From NCBI GenBank assembly GCA_051746405.1, contig JBNJFB010000035.1, positions 1 through 24,498 of the forward strand: a DNA stretch of 24,498 bases. The letters run 5' to 3'. The notes beneath the pieces were generated by a model that saw only the letters and a list, made by a program, of their open reading frames with translations, did no database searches and was not told the origin of the DNA. Shown piece after piece: positions 8,485-17,808 of the stretch. This DNA comes from Campylobacterota bacterium. GTDB taxonomy: Bacteria > Campylobacterota > Campylobacteria > Campylobacterales > Arcobacteraceae. Positions within the stretch are counted from its first letter, which is position 1; each line of letters begins with the position of its first letter. The translations under genes were made by a program, and so were the position numbers.

Positions 8485-10638
8485 TTAGCCTTTTGTAGTG
8501 TGTTCAAATACCCCATCAAAATTTTCAGGTGGGGTTTGGATATATAGTTCACATCGTTGTTGATACATTTTATAAATATTTTCATTGGTTTTATTAGGAT
8601 TTTTATCAAGCTTTTTAAATATTTCTAGAGCTTGTTTAAACTGTGAAGTTTTATACAGTTCAATTGCATGATGGTAGGTTTCTAACTCCTGCTTTAGTTC
8701 ACCCTTAGCTTGCCCAAAATCTAAAACCTGCCATATCTCTACTGGTTTACTTTTGCCTTTGACTTTAACTAAATCTAAAAATCTAAAAACATACTCTTGT
8801 GTTAAACTCTCTTTGATGAAATTAGAGATATTAAGTTTTGAGTTATAGAATTTACATAGTGATTCTAATCTTGCACCTAGATTAATCGGGTCACCAATTG
8901 CAGTATAATCACTTCTACCGCTACTTCCCATCTCTCCCACAACAGATATACCACAGTTTAGACCAATACCTATATCAATAGGTGGTTTGTTCTGTTTTTG
9001 AAGTTTATCGTTTAAAATATCTAAGTATTTAATCTGCTGTAGTGATGCTTTTACAGCTTTGTCTTGATGGTTTTTCACATCACTTGGGGCATTCCAATAA
9101 GCCATGATAGCATCACCTATAAACTTATCAATTGTACCTTCATTTTCCATAATAATATTACTCATGGGTTCCATGTATTCATTTAAATAATCAATTAAAG
9201 CCTTAGCATTTGGCATAGCTTCAGAGATATTAGTAAAGCCACGAATATCAGAGAAGAATACAGTTACTTCCTTAGATTGTCCGTGAAGTTTATTATCTTC
9301 ATTTTTTAGTAAATCCTCCATAACTCTAGGAGAGACTTTAGATGCAAATTTAGTTTTGATTAGCTTACTTTGTCTAATTTCAAAGAAATAGTTTACTAAA
9401 ACTGCCACAATACTACTTAGAATAATGGTTGAAAGGGGAAATAGAATATTTAAAATAATCCCATTGTTAAAAAGCATATAGTATAAAAAGTAACTGTCAA
9501 TAGCAAGAGCTATAAGAACTATAAAAACAATAGCATAAATATTGGAGTTAATAATAATCACAAACATTAACACTGTTAGTAATAATATGTGTAAAATATC
9601 AGCCCCCGTTGCCCATGAGGGCATTTGTAAGAAATCTCCTTGTAAGATATTATCAATTACATTAGCATGGACTTCAACCCCTGGAAAGATTGATTCTAAA
9701 GGGGTGGCTCTTAAGTCAAATAGACCAGCTGCACTTGTACCTATTAAAACTACCTTACCCTCAATCTCTTTGGGGCTAAAGTTATTATTTAAAATATCAA
9801 TAGCAGATATGTACTTAAATGTTTTATCTTTTCCACGATAGTTTACTATTATTCGTCCATAACGATCTGTTGGAATGGCTAGTTCTCCTAAAGTGACGTT
9901 ACTAACTCCTAGTTCATTATAGTTTACTACAACCTTTTTTATTCCATAAGCTGCTCTAATCATTTCTAAAGCTAGTGAGGGATAGAGTTGATTATCATAT
10001 CTAATTAGTAAAGGTACTGATCTAATAATACCTGAGGGGTCAGGTACATTATTAAAAAAGCCACTTGAGTAGGCATTATCTTGTAAAATAGGAATGTTTA
10101 AAATAGTTCCCTTTGCATTGATAACAAAGTCTTGATTTAGATTTCTATTTCGTTCAATAAATATAGCTGGAATATTTGGAGCTTTTTTTTCAATATATTT
10201 AGTATCATTTAGTTCAAACTGATATCCTAAAATTGTGGGTGTATTAGCAACTGTTTGCGCAAAAATTTTATCATAATTTGGTAGATTTTTAATATCTAGA
10301 TTATGTTTTTTTGCAATTTTATGGGGAGAGGTTCTATCTTTTTCTGCAAATACAATATCTATTCCAATCACCCCAGCACCAGCTTGTGAAAGGTTTTGTA
10401 ATATATCTGATAATACTTTTCTACTCCAGGGCCATTGACCAATCTGTTTTAAGGAGCTTTCATCTATATCTATTATGACTATATCTTTTGTTTGGGGAAT
10501 CTCTTCTCTTAAAACAAACATATAATCCCGCAAACGATTATCAAATGTTTGTAGCGTTTGGGGAAAGTATATGTATAAAATACATAGGGAAGATGCTGTA
10601 ACTAAAATTGAAAGTAAATATAGAAAATACTTTTTCAT
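8485..10638 (-). CDS. CHASE2-domain class III adenylate cyclase
   Basis: IVIIDIDE.SL..IGQWPWSR and PGVEVHA CHASE2 motifs, 3 TM helices, FSDIRGFT, DKFIGDAIMA, DYTAIGD.IN.GARLE, VKGK. Confidence 0.93.
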   Translation of the reverse strand: MKKYFLYLLSILVTASSLCILYIYFPQTLQTFDNRLRDYMFVLREEIPQTKDIVIIDIDESSLKQIGQWPWSRKVLSDILQNLSQAGAGVIGIDIVFAEKDRTSPHKIAKKHNLDIKNLPNYDKIFAQTVANTPTILGYQFELNDTKYIEKKAPNIPAIFIERNRNLNQDFVINAKGTILNIPILQDNAYSSGFFNNVPDPSGIIRSVPLLIRYDNQLYPSLALEMIRAAYGIKKVVVNYNELGVSNVTLGELAIPTDRYGRIIVNYRGKDKTFKYISAIDILNNNFSPKEIEGKVVLIGTSAAGLFDLRATPLESIFPGVEVHANVIDNILQGDFLQMPSWATGADILHILLLTVLMFVIIINSNIYAIVFIVLIALAIDSYFLYYMLFNNGIILNILFPLSTIILSSIVAVLVNYFFEIRQSKLIKTKFASKVSPRVMEDLLKNEDNKLHGQSKEVTVFFSDIRGFTNISEAMPNAKALIDYLNEYMEPMSNIIMENEGTIDKFIGDAIMAYWNAPSDVKNHQDKAVKASLQQIKYLDILNDKLQKQNKPPIDIGIGLNCGISVVGEMGSSGRSDYTAIGDPINLGARLESLCKFYNSKLNISNFIKESLTQEYVFRFLDLVKVKGKSKPVEIWQVLDFGQAKGELKQELETYHHAIELYKTSQFKQALEIFKKLDKNPNKTNENIYKMYQQRCELYIQTPPENFDGVFEHTTKG

Positions 10639-10639
10639 T

Positions 10640-12985
10640 TTAAATATCTAAGCTACTTTTATCAAGTTGATAATCGTGTAGATTCTCTTTGCTATACTCA
10701 TTTAATACTTCATTTTCATGAAAGAATTTAAGAAGTTCAGAATCAATCTCATAATCTTTTGCCATAAAAGAGAGTATCTTAAATACCTCAGATAGTTTTT
10801 TTGCTTTTTTATATGGTCTATCACTTGAAGTTAAAGCTTCAAAAATATCTGCTAGTATCATTATCCTATCTTCTAAGCTTAAGTCCTTATCCCCTAAACC
10901 TCTTGGGTAGCCTTTTCCATTTAATTTTTCATGGTGATTTGCTGCTATATTTAGTACATCTTTATATTTTTTAGGAAATGGAAGTTTTGATAGCATTTCT
11001 AAAGATAGCTTTGCATGGTTATTCATGATATCTTTTTCTTCTTTTGTTAAGGTTCCTTTTCTAATTGACAAGTTATATTTCTCATCATCACTTAGAAGCT
11101 TTTGCTCTTTATTATCCGCAAAGTAGGTATATTCACCTATTTTTTCAATTCTATTGATATGCTCATCACTCATAAACTCACCACCAACATTTGATTTTTC
11201 TATAAAGTTTTTATCTTCTTGCAGCAATAAAAGTCTATTTTCATAATCTTGCTTTGAAATTTTATTTTTTAAATAATCAATCTCTAAATCTCTTTTTAAT
11301 ATTTCAAATCTTTCACTAACTAATTCAATCCTATCAATATTTGCTTGTAGTTTTGTTGCTTTTTCTATTATAGACTCAGGCATAGATATCTTTCCAATAT
11401 CATGCATCCATGCAGCTATTCTTATTTGATTAAAGTCATTTTTATTGTAGTTTACATCTTTATATATTGTATTGTCTTTATGTATTGCTTTTGCAATGAG
11501 TAGTGCAATTTTTTCCACATTTGCAACATGGTTCATTGTGTGAGGTGATTTTGCATCAATAGCATGACCAATAGTTGTAATAAAGCTATTTAAAAAATCT
11601 TCTAGACTATTTATAAGCCAAGTGTTAGTCAAAGCCATTGCAGCTTGTGAAGCTAGACTCTTTACAACTTTTTCATCAGTTTTAGTAAACTCTATTTTTT
11701 CTTCAAAATTTATAGTTTTATTGATTAGTTGTAGTACTCCTATCACATCTCTTTCATGATTTACCAAAGGGATTACAAGCATTGATTTTGATCTATATCC
11801 TGTACTATTATCAAACTTTTTAGTTCCCTCAAAGTTATAGTTTTTTTCAAAATATACATCAGGTATATTAATGACTTTGTTTTCAAGTGCACATGTTGTT
11901 GCTACCATATTTAAGTTTTTTGAGCCATCTTCTAAATAAAGTGGCAAGCTATCCCACTCAATTTTATTTTTTGTACCACCCATAAAAATATCTAGGGGGT
12001 CGTTTTGTATTACTTTAAAGTCAAGTGCTTTTTTATCTTTTGAGAGAATATATAAAGTCCCTGCTTCACAGTGGGTTAGTTCTCTTATTAGTGTAAGAAT
12101 CATCTCAAAAAGTTTATCTTTATCAAGTTGGCTTGATAGTTCAAGATTAACTTCCATTATTCTTTCAAATTTATATTGGTCAATTAAATCAGCTTCAACA
12201 TTTCCTGTATTCATATGAATAGTATCACCTTGGGCTAAAACTTTTCCCCCATTTTTAAAAATCTCATAGCTGTTAATCTCTTTTTTGATTTTTTCATCGT
12301 ATAGAGGCTTTAAGTGATAGAGAAATACTTGTAAATCATCTCTATTTATTCCATCTAAAGTCTGTTTTACTAGTTTTGGTGTTAAGTGTTTGCTATCTTT
12401 AGCTAGTTTACTTAAGTTGTCAGGAAAAGAACACTCAATTATTAGTGAGTTTACTCTTTTATTTTTAGCTTTTTGTATTAAGGTATCACTTAAATATGTA
12501 TCACCACTTATTAAGTATGAGTAGTTATTGTTTTTTATTACTTCAAATCCAAATGCACCTTTTACATGGGAAGCATCAAAAGCTACAATCTCATACTCTT
12601 GTATTTTAGTAGGTATATTTGCTTCAATCTCTTTAAATTGTAAAGCTTTTTTATTACTATGTAATAAATCTATTTTTGTGAAATCTGGCCATACTTTGTT
12701 ATTGAAGGTGTGTTGTTTTATTGATTCAATAGTCTCTTTAGAGCCATAAACAGTAAGTGTTTCCTCTCTTTTTTCATAAAAACTCTCAATTACAAATGGT
12801 AAATCAATTATATGGTCACTATGTGAGTGGGTTATAAATATATGATTTATTTTGGTACAACTATCTCCTAGTGTGGATATTATATTTCCTGCATCAATTA
12901 ATATATTATTGCTAACTTGAAAACATGTTGTACCTGTATCTTTTGTCTTACTTCCACTTGCTCCTAATATTTTTATGAAGTTCAT
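10640..12985 (-). CDS. MBL-fold (class II cAMP PDE-like) + GAF + HD-GYP phosphodiesterase
   Basis: LGASGS, IDAG, ITHSHSDH, FNNKVWPDF, SGDT, ECSFP, HLTP, HLKP; GAF (FD..TGYRSKSML..PL, IGVLQLINK); HDIGK and HHEKLNGKGYP, ADIFEALT..RPYK. Confidence 0.9.
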   Translation of the reverse strand: MNFIKILGASGSKTKDTGTTCFQVSNNILIDAGNIISTLGDSCTKINHIFITHSHSDHIIDLPFVIESFYEKREETLTVYGSKETIESIKQHTFNNKVWPDFTKIDLLHSNKKALQFKEIEANIPTKIQEYEIVAFDASHVKGAFGFEVIKNNNYSYLISGDTYLSDTLIQKAKNKRVNSLIIECSFPDNLSKLAKDSKHLTPKLVKQTLDGINRDDLQVFLYHLKPLYDEKIKKEINSYEIFKNGGKVLAQGDTIHMNTGNVEADLIDQYKFERIMEVNLELSSQLDKDKLFEMILTLIRELTHCEAGTLYILSKDKKALDFKVIQNDPLDIFMGGTKNKIEWDSLPLYLEDGSKNLNMVATTCALENKVINIPDVYFEKNYNFEGTKKFDNSTGYRSKSMLVIPLVNHERDVIGVLQLINKTINFEEKIEFTKTDEKVVKSLASQAAMALTNTWLINSLEDFLNSFITTIGHAIDAKSPHTMNHVANVEKIALLIAKAIHKDNTIYKDVNYNKNDFNQIRIAAWMHDIGKISMPESIIEKATKLQANIDRIELVSERFEILKRDLEIDYLKNKISKQDYENRLLLLQEDKNFIEKSNVGGEFMSDEHINRIEKIGEYTYFADNKEQKLLSDDEKYNLSIRKGTLTKEEKDIMNNHAKLSLEMLSKLPFPKKYKDVLNIAANHHEKLNGKGYPRGLGDKDLSLEDRIMILADIFEALTSSDRPYKKAKKLSEVFKILSFMAKDYEIDSELLKFFHENEVLNEYSKENLHDYQLDKSSLDI

Positions 12986-12996
12986 TTTTATACCTT

Positions 12997-13881
12997 TTAT
13001 TTTTCATCATTTATCTCAGAGTCATCGTAAGGGTCCATATGAATATTTATGACCCAATCTCTTTTGTTGTCAAGTTTTTTTATGGCTTCTTCTATTCTAT
13101 CACTTTCTCTATGTGCTTCAATTAAAGTAATTATACAATCAAATACTAAGTGAACATCAACAAAAGTTTTACTACCTGCTTCTCTTGTTTTTAATAAATG
13201 GTGAGTATTAACTCTTTTATTGCTTCTTATTATTTTTTCTATACCTAAAACTATTTCATCATCAACTGCTCTATCTAAAAGTACTAAAACTCCATCTCTT
13301 ATTAGCTCATAAGCTGAGTAGATTATATATAAAGCAATACCTCCACCTACAACAATATCTATGATTTCATATCCTGTAAGACTTACTAAAACCAAAGAAG
13401 ACAAAACAGCTACATTTGAAAACACATCTGTTTTATAGTGTAAAGCATCTGCTTTAATAACCATTGAGTTGGTTTTTTTTGCAACTTTATTTAAAAATAT
13501 AACAAGGCTTACTGTTATAATCATTGAAATTATCATAACTATAATTGAGATATCTAAGTACTTAGATACACTATCTGACAAGGCTTTATTAAAAGCTTGG
13601 TAGAGTAAAAAAAGTCCAGATATTGTAATAATTGTACCCTCAATTACAGAAGCTAAGGCTTCTATCTTACCTCTACCATAATTAAAAGTATCATCAGCAG
13701 GTTTTTCAGAGTTTGATATAGCAAAATAGTTAAAAACAGATACGAACATATCTAAAATAGAATCAACAGCAGATGCTAAAACAGCAACAGAGCCACTAAG
13801 GACTCCGATTACTAGTTTCATTAATGTAAGAACTCCAGCAACACTACTTGAGATAACAGTTGCTTTTTTTTGAAGTGTCAT
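12997..13881 (-). CDS. Cation diffusion facilitator transporter (FieF-like)
   Basis: SGSVAVLASAVDSILD, KPAD..FNYGRGKIE, ADALHYKTD, C-terminal IHMDP. Confidence 0.92.
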   Translation of the reverse strand: MTLQKKATVISSSVAGVLTLMKLVIGVLSGSVAVLASAVDSILDMFVSVFNYFAISNSEKPADDTFNYGRGKIEALASVIEGTIITISGLFLLYQAFNKALSDSVSKYLDISIIVMIISMIITVSLVIFLNKVAKKTNSMVIKADALHYKTDVFSNVAVLSSLVLVSLTGYEIIDIVVGGGIALYIIYSAYELIRDGVLVLLDRAVDDEIVLGIEKIIRSNKRVNTHHLLKTREAGSKTFVDVHLVFDCIITLIEAHRESDRIEEAIKKLDNKRDWVINIHMDPYDDSEINDEK

Positions 13882-15053
13882 TATTCTCTTTCTTCTACAA
13901 AATCTTTTATTCTTTGAATACCAGCTTGAATTGTTTTTAAATCAGTTGCAAATGAAAATCTAAAGTAACCCTCAGTTCCAAATGCAAGTCCAGGAACAAC
14001 AGCTACACCTTTAGTTGCTAATAACTCTTCACAAAACTTCATAGAGTCATTTGAAAGCTTTTTAATATTTACAAAAAGATAAAATGCACCGTGCGGTTCA
14101 ATACAACTAATTCCATCTATTGCATTAAACTCTTTTATAGCCACATCTCTTCTTTTTTCAAACTCTTTTCTCATCATCTCAATATCATCATTAGCTTCAC
14201 CTTCAAGTGCAGTTATTGCTGCATACTGAGTAATAGAGTTTACATTTGATGTAACTTGACCTTGAAGTTTTATCATTGCTTTTACAATCTCTTTTTTTGG
14301 AGTTGCCATATATCCAAATCTCCAACCTGTCATTGCTACAGATTTACTTAAACCATTTATAGTAATAGTTCTTTGAAACATATCATCGCTAGCTTGTGCA
14401 GTGGCTGTAAATTTAAGCCCATCATACATGATTTTTTCATACATCTCATCTGATAAAACTAAAATATCAGTACCCTCAAGTACTTTTCCAATATCTTCAA
14501 GCTCTTGTTTTGAATAAACAGCACCTGTTGGGTTTGAAGGAGAGTTTAGAATCAAGACTTTAGTTTTGTTAGTTATTGCTTCTTTTATTTGATTAGCAGT
14601 CACTTTAAAATTAGTAGAGTCATCTGTTTGGATAAAAACAGGTACACCATTTGAAAACTTAACTTGTTCTGGATAAGTTACCCAATATGGAGCTGGAATA
14701 ATAACTTCATCACCATCTTCAATTAGAAGTTGAAAAAGATTAAAAAGTGAGTGTTTAGCTCCGTTGCTTATTACAACGTTATCTAAACTATAATCTAAGC
14801 CATGATCTCTTTTTAACTTATCAATAATTGCTTGTTTTGTTTGAGGAATTCCCTCAACAGCAGTGTATTTTGTGTGTCCATCTTCAATAGCTTTTATAGC
14901 TGATTGTTTAATAACATCAGGTGTATTAAAATCAGGTTCACCTGCACTAAAGCTCAAAATATCTTTACCTTGAGCTTTTAAATCTCTAGCTAAGGCTGTA
15001 ATTGCCATAGTAACTGATGGAGATAGGTTCTGCATTCTGTTTGCAATTTTCAT
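13881..15053 (-). CDS. aspC: PLP-dependent class I aminotransferase (aspartate aminotransferase)
   Basis: GEPDF, NSPSNPTG, SDEMYE, NGLSKSVAMTGWRFGY; likely start MKIANRM at 15053 behind GAGGA RBS rather than 15083. Confidence 0.9.
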   Translation of the reverse strand: MKIANRMQNLSPSVTMAITALARDLKAQGKDILSFSAGEPDFNTPDVIKQSAIKAIEDGHTKYTAVEGIPQTKQAIIDKLKRDHGLDYSLDNVVISNGAKHSLFNLFQLLIEDGDEVIIPAPYWVTYPEQVKFSNGVPVFIQTDDSTNFKVTANQIKEAITNKTKVLILNSPSNPTGAVYSKQELEDIGKVLEGTDILVLSDEMYEKIMYDGLKFTATAQASDDMFQRTITINGLSKSVAMTGWRFGYMATPKKEIVKAMIKLQGQVTSNVNSITQYAAITALEGEANDDIEMMRKEFEKRRDVAIKEFNAIDGISCIEPHGAFYLFVNIKKLSNDSMKFCEELLATKGVAVVPGLAFGTEGYFRFSFATDLKTIQAGIQRIKDFVEERE

Positions 15054-15136
15054 AAATGTTATCCTCACATATAAGTTCATCATAGTAAATATGATATAAT
15101 GGTTTTATTATACAAAAACAATACTTAAGGAAGAGT

Positions 15137-15736
15137 TTGATTTTTTATTTAGATTTGAACAATAAAGAGTTTAAAGTAGAGCTTCAACAAAAGAGAAGTA
15201 TGAAAAACTGTTATTTAAGAGTAATAGAAGATGATTTTATACAATTAAAAGCAAGTAAGTATTTCACAAAAAAAGATGCTTTAGAGCTTATCTTAAAGAA
15301 ACAACAGTGGATTTTAAAAAATTCGCAAAGATTAGAAAATAGCAAAATAAAAGATGATGAGTTTCTATTTTTTGGCAAAGTTCAAAAGCTTGATTCTTAT
15401 AACCTCTCAAAGCAAAAGCTTGATAAATTTTATAAAGAACAAACAAGCTCATACGTAGAGTTTTTAGTACAAAAGCACTCAGATATTATGAAACTATATC
15501 CAACGTTTATTAAATATAGAAAAAATAAAAATACATGGGGCTCTTGCAACTATAAAAATGGTCTAAATTTTAATATATATTTATCAAAATTTCCCCTTGA
15601 AGTTATTGAGTATGTGGTGATTCATGAACTAGCACATATAAAACATAAAAATCACTCAAAAGAGTTTTGGGATTTAGTTTATAAGTTTTGTAAAGATTAT
15701 AAGCAAAGAGAAAGACTACTTAAGAGTCTTTTATGA
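15137..15736 (+). CDS. YgjP/DUF45 (M48-like) metal-dependent hydrolase
   Basis: WGSC, YVVIHELAH..H.NHS..FW motif. Confidence 0.9.
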   Translation: MIFYLDLNNKEFKVELQQKRSMKNCYLRVIEDDFIQLKASKYFTKKDALELILKKQQWILKNSQRLENSKIKDDEFLFFGKVQKLDSYNLSKQKLDKFYKEQTSSYVEFLVQKHSDIMKLYPTFIKYRKNKNTWGSCNYKNGLNFNIYLSKFPLEVIEYVVIHELAHIKHKNHSKEFWDLVYKFCKDYKQRERLLKSLL

Positions 15737-16136
15737 TTTTTCTTATTTGCTCAAATTTATTGTGTAGTTTTTCATCTTTTGATAAGTTTGTGAAGATACC
15801 AAAAGAACGCTCTTCATATTTTGGAGTTGTTGTCTGTTTGTTTTGTTTTTTTTCTAGTTTGTTTGTTACAAAAAATTTTATATCATAAACTTCTTCTAAT
15901 CTAGATTTTTTTAATAATGATTTTATATCGGCTTTGTTATACTCAAACTCCATTTTATAAACAGGATGTTTCAATACAAAGTATAAGGTTTGATTTTTAA
16001 CATAAGCAAACTTTACTCCCTTTTTTAGCTTCAAAGGCAGAATATTTATAAACTGCTCTATGATTGTTGAGGTATTGACTCTTCTGAATTCAGGATTATT
16101 TTTAATATGACTAAGTATTTCATTCAATTTTTTCAT
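15720..16136 (-). CDS. DUF721/DciA-like protein
   Basis: VKNQTLYFVLKHPVYKMEF matches the DUF721 core pattern; Lys-rich tail. Confidence 0.6.
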   Translation of the reverse strand: MKKLNEILSHIKNNPEFRRVNTSTIIEQFINILPLKLKKGVKFAYVKNQTLYFVLKHPVYKMEFEYNKADIKSLLKKSRLEEVYDIKFFVTNKLEKKQNKQTTTPKYEERSFGIFTNLSKDEKLHNKFEQIRKIIKDS

Positions 16137-16235
16137 GCTGTTATTATAGCAGGTTTTGTTTTATCTTTTGTTGGGTGTGGCTATAAAGCTCCTCCTGTTT
16201 TTGAACATGAACAACAAAAAGAGATAAAAAAGTAA
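16107..16235 (+). CDS. Small lipoprotein (42 aa, LptM/LppL-like), not in the ORF track
   Basis: Manual translation MTKYFIQFFHAVIIAGFVLSFVGCGYKAPPVFEHEQQKEIKK; lipobox FVGC followed by GYKAPP; AGGA upstream; stop 4 nt before nadB. Confidence 0.7.
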   Translation: MTKYFIQFFHAVIIAGFVLSFVGCGYKAPPVFEHEQQKEIKK

Positions 16236-16239
16236 AGAT

Positions 16240-17691
16240 ATGGTTTATGATTATATAATTATAGGAACAGGTGTTGCAGGATTAAATGCAGCTAGATTAA
16301 TTCCTAAAAATAAAAAAGTTTTGGTGTTGTGTAAACAAACACCAAAAGATTGTAATACCTATTGGGCACAAGGTGGAGTAGCTAGTGCAGTTGATCAAAG
16401 TGATATCCCCTCCCATATACAAGATACACTAACTGCAGGAGTAAATCACAACAATAAAAAAGCAGTTGAACTTCTAAGTGAAAAATCCCAAGAAGCCATA
16501 AAAAATCTTATTGATGCTGGTTTAGAGTTTGATTTAGATGAAAATAATAAGCTAGCATTTACAAAAGAAGCAGCACATAGTAGAAGTAGAATACTACATG
16601 CAGATGGTGATGCTACGGGAAGAATGATTCATGAGTTTTTGCTAAAACAGTGTCATCATAAAATCCTATCAGATGTTGTTGTAAATGATTTATTAATAGA
16701 AGATGACATCTGTTATGGAGTTCAGTTTTTTACAAGTGAAACAAAGCAAGAGATTGCATACTCAAATAATACTATTATAGCAAGTGGTGGAGTTGGTTCT
16801 ATTTATAAATACCATACAAATTCAACAGCAGTTGCAGGAGAAATCCAGGGTATAATGATTGAAAAGGGTATAAACCTAAAAGATATGGAGATGATGCAGT
16901 TTCACCCAACTGTAGTAAAAGGTACGCACTTTGCTAGAAAGCCTTTGCTAAGTGAAGCATTAAGAGGTGAGGGTGCACATATTGAAGATGAGCAAGGAAA
17001 TAGATTTCTATTTGCTTATCATAAAGATGGGGAGCTAGCCCCAAGAGATGTAGTAAGTAGGTCTATTTTTGATTATCATAAAAAAACAGGCTCTAAAATA
17101 TATTTATCATTTAAAAGTTTTAAGAAAAGTTTTTTTAAGAAAAGATTTCCAAATATCTATGCAAATTTAAAAGATTTGGGGTATGAATTACCTTTTGAAA
17201 AAGTACCAATATCACCTGCTTTTCATTATAGTATGGGAGGAATTCCAACAAACCTAGATGCAAAAGTAGAAAAGATGAAAAATCTTTATGCTGTGGGTGA
17301 GGTTGCATGTACAGGTGTTCATGGGGCAAATAGATTAGCTTCAAATTCACTTTTAGAGGGGATTGTTTTTTCCCAAATAGCTGTTGAGGTTTCATTAAAA
17401 GATGATTTTAAAATAGTAGTTGAAAACTATACAAAAAAACCAATTAAGTATGTAAGAAATAAAAAAGCTGATAAAGAGATAAAAACTTCATTGCGTATGT
17501 TGATGTGGGATAGTGCTTCAATACTTAGAAACCCAAAAAAGTTACAAAACTCATTGCAGCTTGTTGAAAAATATCTAAATGAAGATATTGGAAGACTACT
17601 TTATTTAAGACTTCTTACTGCAAAATCAATATTAATAGCAGCTTTAAGTAGAAAAGAGTCTTTAGGTGCGCATTTTATTAAATATGATTAA
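16240..17691 (+). CDS. nadB: L-aspartate oxidase
   Basis: IIGTGVAG, WAQGGVA, EAAHSRSRILH, QFHPT, LLSEALRGEG, LAPRDVVSR, HYSMGG, GVHGANRLASNSLLE. Confidence 0.95.
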   Translation: MVYDYIIIGTGVAGLNAARLIPKNKKVLVLCKQTPKDCNTYWAQGGVASAVDQSDIPSHIQDTLTAGVNHNNKKAVELLSEKSQEAIKNLIDAGLEFDLDENNKLAFTKEAAHSRSRILHADGDATGRMIHEFLLKQCHHKILSDVVVNDLLIEDDICYGVQFFTSETKQEIAYSNNTIIASGGVGSIYKYHTNSTAVAGEIQGIMIEKGINLKDMEMMQFHPTVVKGTHFARKPLLSEALRGEGAHIEDEQGNRFLFAYHKDGELAPRDVVSRSIFDYHKKTGSKIYLSFKSFKKSFFKKRFPNIYANLKDLGYELPFEKVPISPAFHYSMGGIPTNLDAKVEKMKNLYAVGEVACTGVHGANRLASNSLLEGIVFSQIAVEVSLKDDFKIVVENYTKKPIKYVRNKKADKEIKTSLRMLMWDSASILRNPKKLQNSLQLVEKYLNEDIGRLLYLRLLTAKSILIAALSRKESLGAHFIKYD

Positions 17692-17808
17692 TAAAAAACT
17701 TCATAAAATATAGAATTTGGTCACTTAACTAACTTTTTACTACTTTTTAGATAGAATCAATATTTATTTACGATTGATAAATCACAATTCATTAGAGGAT
17801 TTTAAAAT

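Noticed and set aside
15054..15083. Longer start for the aminotransferase
   Set aside because: The RBS and the typical N-terminus fit ATG 15053
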